Assembly: GCA_963701095.1 (NCBI GenBank)
Contig: OY969564.1
Coordinates: forward strand, 1,920,001 to 1,984,000
Source of the DNA: an uncultured Methanoregulaceae archaeon
GTDB taxonomy: Archaea; Halobacteriota; Methanomicrobia; Methanomicrobiales; Methanospirillaceae
Reading direction: 5' to 3'
Length of the DNA: 64,000 bases
Positions 58,122 through 64,000 of this stretch are shown here, piece by piece. The notes under the pieces were generated by a model that saw nothing but the letters and a program-made list of their open reading frames with translations, was not told where the DNA came from and ran no database searches. Each line of letters starts with the position of its first letter. Within the stretch, counting starts at the first letter, position 1. The translations under genes and the position numbers were made by a program.

Positions 58122-59198
58122 ATGTCGACAGTGAATGTTCTTATCGCTTCTGGGGATACAGCAAGTGCTGATGAGCTCGGGACATGTGCAGAATCCGTAG
58201 GATTCCATGTAATGGAACGGGTAAATTCCGTGCAAGATGCCGTTATGTCTGTCGAGTCCCTGTATCCAGATATTGTCCTTATAGAGACGGTTCTTTTTGA
58301 GAAAAGGAAAACACCGGAAATTTTAAAAGAGATCCAAATCGTGGGCAATATTCCTGTGATCCTGATTACCGATGCAGATGAGGATATCCCAGAAATCTTC
58401 CTTGAATCAAATCGTCCTTATGGCGTTCTTGTCCGGCCGTTTGGACCAATTCTATTCAAACACGTCATTGAGGAAGCAATACACCGGCACTCGCTCGAAA
58501 GAGGGGAAAACGACCGGAGAAAAAGGATGCATTCTGGTGCTATCGTAAGAAAAGTAGCCCATGATATCAACAATTCTCTGAGCTCTGCGCTTGCGAATAT
58601 CCAGCTCGCCCGCAGGTCATGTACCCTTGAGAAAAATCAGTGCAGGCATCTGGATGATGCCGAGAATGGCATCCTGCGGGCACGGGATCAGTCCCGTCAA
58701 CTACTCATGCCTTCAGTTGTCCCCAAGGATAAAGCCGGAATAGCTCGAAAGGTGTCGACCCATGAAAATCGACGGCAAAATACAGCCCGTAATAAAGTAA
58801 GTACCGCCGGAAAATACCGGATACTCCTCATGGATGACGAAGATGCAATACTATCAGCCACTAGCGAAATGCTCTCGTTTCTGGGTCATATTGTGACAAT
58901 TGCCAAGACGGGAGAGGAAGCAATTGCATTGTTCCGAAAAGCAAAAGACAATGCCCTGCCGTTTGATGCAGTCATTCTTGATATAACAGTACCTGGTGGG
59001 ATGGGTGCAGAGGAAACATTACCCCGGTTGAGGGAGATTGAACCCGGAGTGCGGGCGATTATTTCCAGCGGCTATGCCACTCACCCGTTATTGATCAGTT
59101 TCGCAGCCAATGGATTTTCTGCAGCTCTCATCAAACCGTACGGATTTAAAGAACTCGAGGAATCTCTAGGACTGGTATCTGGTTTAATAGGGTTATAA
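58122..59198 (+). CDS. Receiver-HisKA-receiver protein lacking a HATPase domain
   Basis: Degenerate N-terminal REC, H-box VAHDINN.L, and an intact C-terminal REC (LMDDE, ILDIT, SSG, KP). Confidence 0.82.
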   Translation: MSTVNVLIASGDTASADELGTCAESVGFHVMERVNSVQDAVMSVESLYPDIVLIETVLFEKRKTPEILKEIQIVGNIPVILITDADEDIPEIFLESNRPYGVLVRPFGPILFKHVIEEAIHRHSLERGENDRRKRMHSGAIVRKVAHDINNSLSSALANIQLARRSCTLEKNQCRHLDDAENGILRARDQSRQLLMPSVVPKDKAGIARKVSTHENRRQNTARNKVSTAGKYRILLMDDEDAILSATSEMLSFLGHIVTIAKTGEEAIALFRKAKDNALPFDAVILDITVPGGMGAEETLPRLREIEPGVRAIISSGYATHPLLISFAANGFSAALIKPYGFKELEESLGLVSGLIGL

Positions 59199-59981
59199 CC
59201 GGATTTCCTGGGGGTTCGTCGCTGATGAACCTTTTTGGGTTGCTACAATCAGGTTCTTTTCATCAAAAAAAAGGCCGACCCCCTCACGTGCGCTTGCCAG
59301 TGCACGATCAGGTGTGTTGTTTATCTCGCTCAGGTGTGAGAGTATAACCTGGGATACATCTTTTCCCCAGTTTCGAAGCACTGCGGCAGTTGCGATGTTT
59401 GAGAGATGCCCCCGGCTTGAACGAATACGTTTTTTCAGGGATTCGGGATATGGTCCGTTGGCAAGCATTTCCGGACAATGGTTGCTTTCAAGAACCACAC
59501 CATCGCAGCACCGGAGCAATTCAAGCATGTGTGTTGTAACTATACCTGTGTCGGTGCAATACCCTAGCGTTTGTCCGTTATCCTGTATTATAAACCCGCA
59601 GGGTTCAGCGGCATCGTGGGAGGTTGCAAATGGTAAAATCAAAAATCCCCCGGCAGTAAACGAAAGGGTATAGCGGCAGGTATGAACCTGGATCGGTTTA
59701 TTTGAAGTACGCCGATGATTTAAAAATTCATTAAGCGTACCCCCGGTTCCATAGACAGGGCAGGCAAGCTTTCGTGCGAGAACATCCAAACCTCGAATAT
59801 GATCCGTGTGTTCGTGGGTTACTATGATTGCATCTATTGAATCAGCTTGGCAACCCGTTTGTGTCATACGAGACAATGTCTCTTTCGCACTAAGACCAGA
59901 ATCAATTAAAATGGCACCATTACTGCCAGCGATATACGTGCAGTTGCCTTTGCTCCCGCTTGCAAGTATCGTGCATCGCAT
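59193..59981 (-). CDS. MBL-fold metallo-hydrolase (YycJ/WalJ-like)
   Basis: LASGSKGNC, THEHTDH, SHDA, DTG, LESNH, GHLSN and HLSEINN motifs. Confidence 0.9.
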   Translation of the reverse strand: MRCTILASGSKGNCTYIAGSNGAILIDSGLSAKETLSRMTQTGCQADSIDAIIVTHEHTDHIRGLDVLARKLACPVYGTGGTLNEFLNHRRTSNKPIQVHTCRYTLSFTAGGFLILPFATSHDAAEPCGFIIQDNGQTLGYCTDTGIVTTHMLELLRCCDGVVLESNHCPEMLANGPYPESLKKRIRSSRGHLSNIATAAVLRNWGKDVSQVILSHLSEINNTPDRALASAREGVGLFFDEKNLIVATQKGSSATNPQEIRL

Positions 59982-60055
59982 GTCTTACTATATTGGGTAT
60001 TTGTTGTATTAACCTGCTTTCCTCCCGACAACTGGAGTAGAAAAAGAGGATTGTA

Positions 60056-60241
60056 TTATTGTTTAGCCTTTAGTGCTTCGTACTCTGCAAGTACCGGCGC
60101 AATTGTCTTTGTGGAAATAGAGCGACGGACAAGGACGGTTAGCTTGCGGCAATACCGGATATGGGCAATCTGGAAACTTACAATCAGGCCAAAACAGAGG
60201 CAGGTGATACCGATTAGGAAATAGCTTGGAGTGTCAACCAT
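60056..60241 (-). CDS. Small single-TM protein (paralogue of the upstream ORF)
   Basis: Preceded by a GAGGGG SD; aligns with 60252-60440. Confidence 0.6.
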   Translation of the reverse strand: MVDTPSYFLIGITCLCFGLIVSFQIAHIRYCRKLTVLVRRSISTKTIAPVLAEYEALKAKQ

Positions 60242-60251
60242 ACAAATCCCC

Positions 60252-60440
60252 TCAGGTCTCCCTTTCGAGTTCATTAACGAGAGGGACTACAGAATCGGCA
60301 TCTGAACACTCTTTTGCGAGAATGAAAAAACGTTTCGAGTAATGCACTGTGAGCAGCTGATACCCGAGAACCATTCCGATAGCAAACATGACAATCCCAA
60401 AACAAATGTAGATAAGTAGATCCGTAACCAGGTCAGCCAT
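60252..60440 (-). CDS. Small single-TM protein
   Basis: Preceded by a GAGGT SD; aligns with 60056-60241. Confidence 0.6.
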   Translation of the reverse strand: MADLVTDLLIYICFGIVMFAIGMVLGYQLLTVHYSKRFFILAKECSDADSVVPLVNELERET

Positions 60441-60703
60441 AGTAAACCTCATTGACTGTTACGGTGGGATGCTGATATATTTTGTGAATTTTGTGGCTCA
60501 CATTTGTCCAAAAGATAAGAAAACCGGATCTGCAGAAAAGTCGTGTATTCTTGTAAAAGTGGTTTAATATAAAATCACTCGGGAAGACAATATTTTCTTT
60601 CTAACTCCACATTTTTCTTTGAGTCTAAGTAATGCAACATTGTTCTCTGGCCTTTTCTCAAGTAATAAATACGGGCATATGTATAGTGCTCACATGTCAC
60701 GTA

Positions 60704-61294
60704 ATGTCCTTACATTACCCTCTCCAAAACAAACCTGATCAAAGACATTTGACTACCCAAAAGAGTAGAAAAAAGTGGTTTTTAACTGCTCTTTTATTAT
60801 TTGCTATCGTGGCAGTAGCATGTGGTTTAGCACTTGCTCTTCAACCACACTCACAAAATTCCGGTGCCGGAAATCTTGATCAGGGAATTACAATATTTTG
60901 GCCTTACCATGTCCTCCTCATGGCAATAGGATTCATCCTTCTGGTTACCGGTTTTATTGTCGCACGGTTTCATAAAACCAGGTCCTGGTATAAATCTCAT
61001 ATGACCCTGGAAGTATGTGGTGTGACATGTATTATTGCCGGTATTTTTGTAGGTATATATATGGTCATGCTTTCTGGTTTCCCTCAGTTGCATAATATCC
61101 ATGAAATGCTGGGGATCACGACGGGAATTTTGGTTATTACTGCAATTATTCTAGGATATTGTATCAAACGTGCTACTATATCGAAAAAAATTGTTCGGCA
61201 AAGCCATCGTTGGCTTGGTCGGATTGTAATCTGTCTTATGATCATCACCATTGTCTTTGGAATAATCTTCCTGCTTCCTCTTTTGGGGCGATAA
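60704..61294 (+). CDS. Cytochrome b561-like membrane protein (four conserved His)
   Basis: YHVLLM..G...G...AR, W..SH, IHEMLG and SHRWLGR on four successive TM helices. Confidence 0.72.
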   Translation: MSLHYPLQNKPDQRHLTTQKSRKKWFLTALLLFAIVAVACGLALALQPHSQNSGAGNLDQGITIFWPYHVLLMAIGFILLVTGFIVARFHKTRSWYKSHMTLEVCGVTCIIAGIFVGIYMVMLSGFPQLHNIHEMLGITTGILVITAIILGYCIKRATISKKIVRQSHRWLGRIVICLMIITIVFGIIFLLPLLGR

Positions 61295-61485
61295 TTCAAT
61301 TTTTTTTAGTATCCTTATGCGGAGCTTTTCTCACTAAACAATGAGAAGATAAATAGTATCCCACGTATCAAAAAAAGTCCGGAATCAGCGATCATTTTCA
61401 GACATAGTTGAAATAGTCTGTTTCCTAAAGGAAATCTGCACAACCATTAAGATGCTTTCCGGATCAGTATTGGCTGAGAAGTTTT

Positions 61486-61884
61486 ATGGTAAGGCTTACT
61501 GATGCAATCAAAGAATCCCTTGCAGCTACGAAGATCGTTTTCTTTGCTACCGCCTCAAGAAACAATGTACCCAATGCTGTCCCGATTGGGGCATTCAAAA
61601 TTGTCGACGATGAAACGCTTCTGATCTCTGATCAGTATTTCAATAAAACGTTAGCAAATATAAAGGAGAACCCGAATGTGGCCATTTCCTACTGGGGAGA
61701 GAAAGGAGGTTACCAGATCAAAGGGACGGTGACTCTCCATACAAGTGATGAGATCTTCAGGCAGGATGTAGCATGGATGAAAGAGTTGCGCCCTCAGCTC
61801 GTCCCGAAATCGGCAGTTGTAATGAAGATTACCGGGGTCTACATTCTCAAACCAGGACCCGATGCCGGAAAAAAGATTATCTGA
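61486..61884 (+). CDS. Pyridoxamine 5'-phosphate oxidase-like split-barrel protein
   Basis: FATAS..VPNAVP, KTLANIKENP and GYQIKG motifs. Confidence 0.87.
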   Translation: MVRLTDAIKESLAATKIVFFATASRNNVPNAVPIGAFKIVDDETLLISDQYFNKTLANIKENPNVAISYWGEKGGYQIKGTVTLHTSDEIFRQDVAWMKELRPQLVPKSAVVMKITGVYILKPGPDAGKKII

Positions 61885-61951
61885 TACACAAAATATTCTC
61901 TAAGTTTGTATAAATGTTTAACTTTTTCACAATGGTGTGTAGTGGCCCAAT

Positions 61952-63542
61952 TTACACCCGTCTCCACCCGGTATCCGGTACTGATATCTCGAAATGTGCC
62001 CCCTCTCCGAATGTTCCTGTTTCCTTGATGGAGATGCCAGATATCCCGAGGATCTCACGCGCGAGAAAGAGGCCTTGTCCGGTATTTTTTCCATAGCCTG
62101 ATGCAAAAATCTTTTCTTTGTCAGAGTCTATAATACCTCGACCATCGTCGCTGCAGATTATAGTGAGTGTGGGGCTGTCCTGCCGAAGAGAGAAGGTGAC
62201 CACGGAAAGCTTCCCACCGTACCTGAGAGCGTTATCAATAAGGTTATAGAACACCTTTTCGAGCATCCCATCCGCAAAAACCTCCACTCCCTCATCCGGC
62301 ATAACGGCCAGCCGAACTGAACCCGGATGTACGGACATTGCAGCTTTGGAGACAACGTCATGAACGTTCTGCCACTGAGGGGCATGCACACCGATATTCT
62401 GGTAATCACGGGTGAAGGTGATCTGTTGCTGGATACGCCGGGTACTTTCTTTTATCTCTACGAGGAGTGCTGACGATTCAGGCTCGGAAATTTTTTGGAT
62501 GGCCATATCCTCAAGGCCTAAAAGCCCGGTGATCGTATTCAGGATGTCGTGACGTATAAGCTTACTAAGCATGTTTAATTTTTTGTTTGAGGATTGGAGT
62601 GCTTGGCTTAACCGCCTTTGTTCTGTTAGTGTATAATCGCGTTCCATCATCTCAAGAGCAAAGGAAATATCGTCAGTGAGCTCCTTTAACAATGCAAGTT
62701 CCCTGTCATTGAAGAAATTACACTCATTTGAGTAGAAGCGCATTGCGCCAACGGTAGTGTTTCCACAACAGAGGGGAAACGCCGCAGATGAGCGGTAGCC
62801 ACGTTTGGTGGCCTCTCCACGATACTTATACATCCGGGGATCGGACTGTATGTCATTGCAAACTATCGGAGAACATCCCCGGATAGCAGAACCGGTAAGT
62901 CCCATCCCCTGGGGCACATTATTAACGGTAATTGAAAGCAAACTCAGGTACCCTGCCTCATACCCGTAAGCGGCGACCGGGAGGACATCGTTTGTAGCGG
63001 GGTTTACCATACCTATCCAAGCCATCAGGAATTTCCCCTCTTCAACAGCTATTTTACAAGCCTCATCAAGCAGCGCCTGCCGATCCCTGATATGGATTAT
63101 TGCCCGGTTGGTTCGGGATATGACTGAATTCAACCGGTTGAGGTGGAAAATCGTATCAAGTGCACGTTTCTTTTCAACTGAACTCTTGATAGTGTGGATG
63201 AGCTCAGTAAACTGTGACCGGGAGTCACCACCTTTACGGATATAGTGGTCCGCGCCGCAGTTGAGGGCATCTATAACAATTTCCTCCCGCCCTCTCCCGG
63301 TGAATATAATAAAGGGAAGGGCCGGGTATTTAGTACGGATGATCCTTAAAAATGCCAACCCGTCCATTCCTGGCATCTGATAATCTGAGATGACAATATC
63401 GTACGTTGTCGTCTTGAGTTTATTAAGCCCCTGATCCGCTGATTCGGCAGTATCCACCTGAATATTCCCCGAACGTTCCAAAAACAGACTTTGCCACATC
63501 AAGCAATGCGGTGTCATCATCGACGTATAAAACTGAAATCAT
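61952..63542 (-). CDS. Receiver-GAF-histidine kinase, with a 1-nt insertion near 63488
   Basis: The repaired N-terminus is MISVLYVDDDTALLDVAKLFLERSG; then ISDYQMP, a GAF domain, IRHDILN, NLIDNA and TGQGL. Confidence 0.9.
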
Positions 63543-63797
63543 AAGAAACGGAGTTCCGTGAGAATGTGGGTTAGGAGTAATTTCAGTTATGTACACATAA
63601 CCGTTCCGGTGTCAGTATTATTTCAGCAACCTTGTAGTTCCCGGCATGCCAACCCGTTACCAAATATTAATCTATGAGGGTAAGGCGGGCATATTCCTGA
63701 CAAACAGGAACCATTAAACATTTTAGGCATATTCACAGGGCTGAATTTCATCCGCATAACGAAACCTTAACAACCTATCCTGCTGATTTTTTCTGCT

Positions 63798-64000
63798 ATG
63801 TGGAGCGCGGTAGATGTCGAAACCTGGATTTCGCGGCGTACATCCCGGCTGGATGAAGTACGTGGTACGGTTCAGGAAATTATCGAAAAAGTGAGGACAG
63901 GAGGAGATGGAGCACTGTTCGAGCTTTCCGAAAAATTCGACAAAGTTCATCTGGATTCGATTGCTGTCGACGAAGATGCCCTGGAGGCAGCATACGAGCA
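63798..64000 (+). CDS. hisD: Histidinol dehydrogenase, N-terminal part (runs off the window)
   Basis: Translated by hand: MWSAVDVETWISRRTSRLDEVRGTVQEIIEKVRTGGDGALFELSEKFDKVHL...; V..II..VR..GD.AL....KFD is the HisD N-terminal pattern. Confidence 0.82.
   Translation, partial: MWSAVDVETWISRRTSRLDEVRGTVQEIIEKVRTGGDGALFELSEKFDKVHLDSIAVDEDALEAAYE

Overview
This is 64 kb of archaeal chromosome from a hydrogenotrophic methanogen of the Methanomicrobiales. The 16S rRNA and gene order look Methanoregula-like; this is judged by eye, with no search run. Most of the window is core genome: the rpl18e-rpl13-rps9-rpoN-tRNAPro-rpoK-eno-rps2-MEMO1-mvk-ipk-fni-rnj-idsA-gltX superoperon; an orphan DNA methyltransferase; an ABC1/UbiB kinase; F420 genes (cofG, cofC, a cofE-family gene); a glyA-folD-folP-cofE folate operon; smc-scpA; a complete rRNA operon (16S, a degenerate tRNA-like spacer, 23S, tRNA-Cys, 5S); ppsA-mfnA-hpt-dph2-METTL5; serA; lig; signalling proteins; and the start of hisD. 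I found no CRISPR array, transposase, integrase or prophage. Main observations: (1) about 12 single-base indels break otherwise intact genes, and most are repaired by restoring AGCT, GTAC or CCGG. This looks like methylation-induced long-read errors that indirectly reveal the methylome. (2) The 16S-23S spacer has no tRNA-Ala, only an anticodon-less tRNA-like remnant. (3) There is a four-His cytochrome b561-like protein in an order regarded as cytochrome-free. (4) A Zn-dependent phospholipase C-like gene plus glycosyltransferase cassette is a candidate archaeal lipid-remodelling system. (5) A CofE-family gene is coupled to folP and may act as a folylpolyglutamate synthase. (6) There is a catalytically intact GH18 lipoprotein. 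(7) A coiled-coil gene precedes an smc-scpA operon that has no scpB. All functional calls come from recognising motifs by eye.
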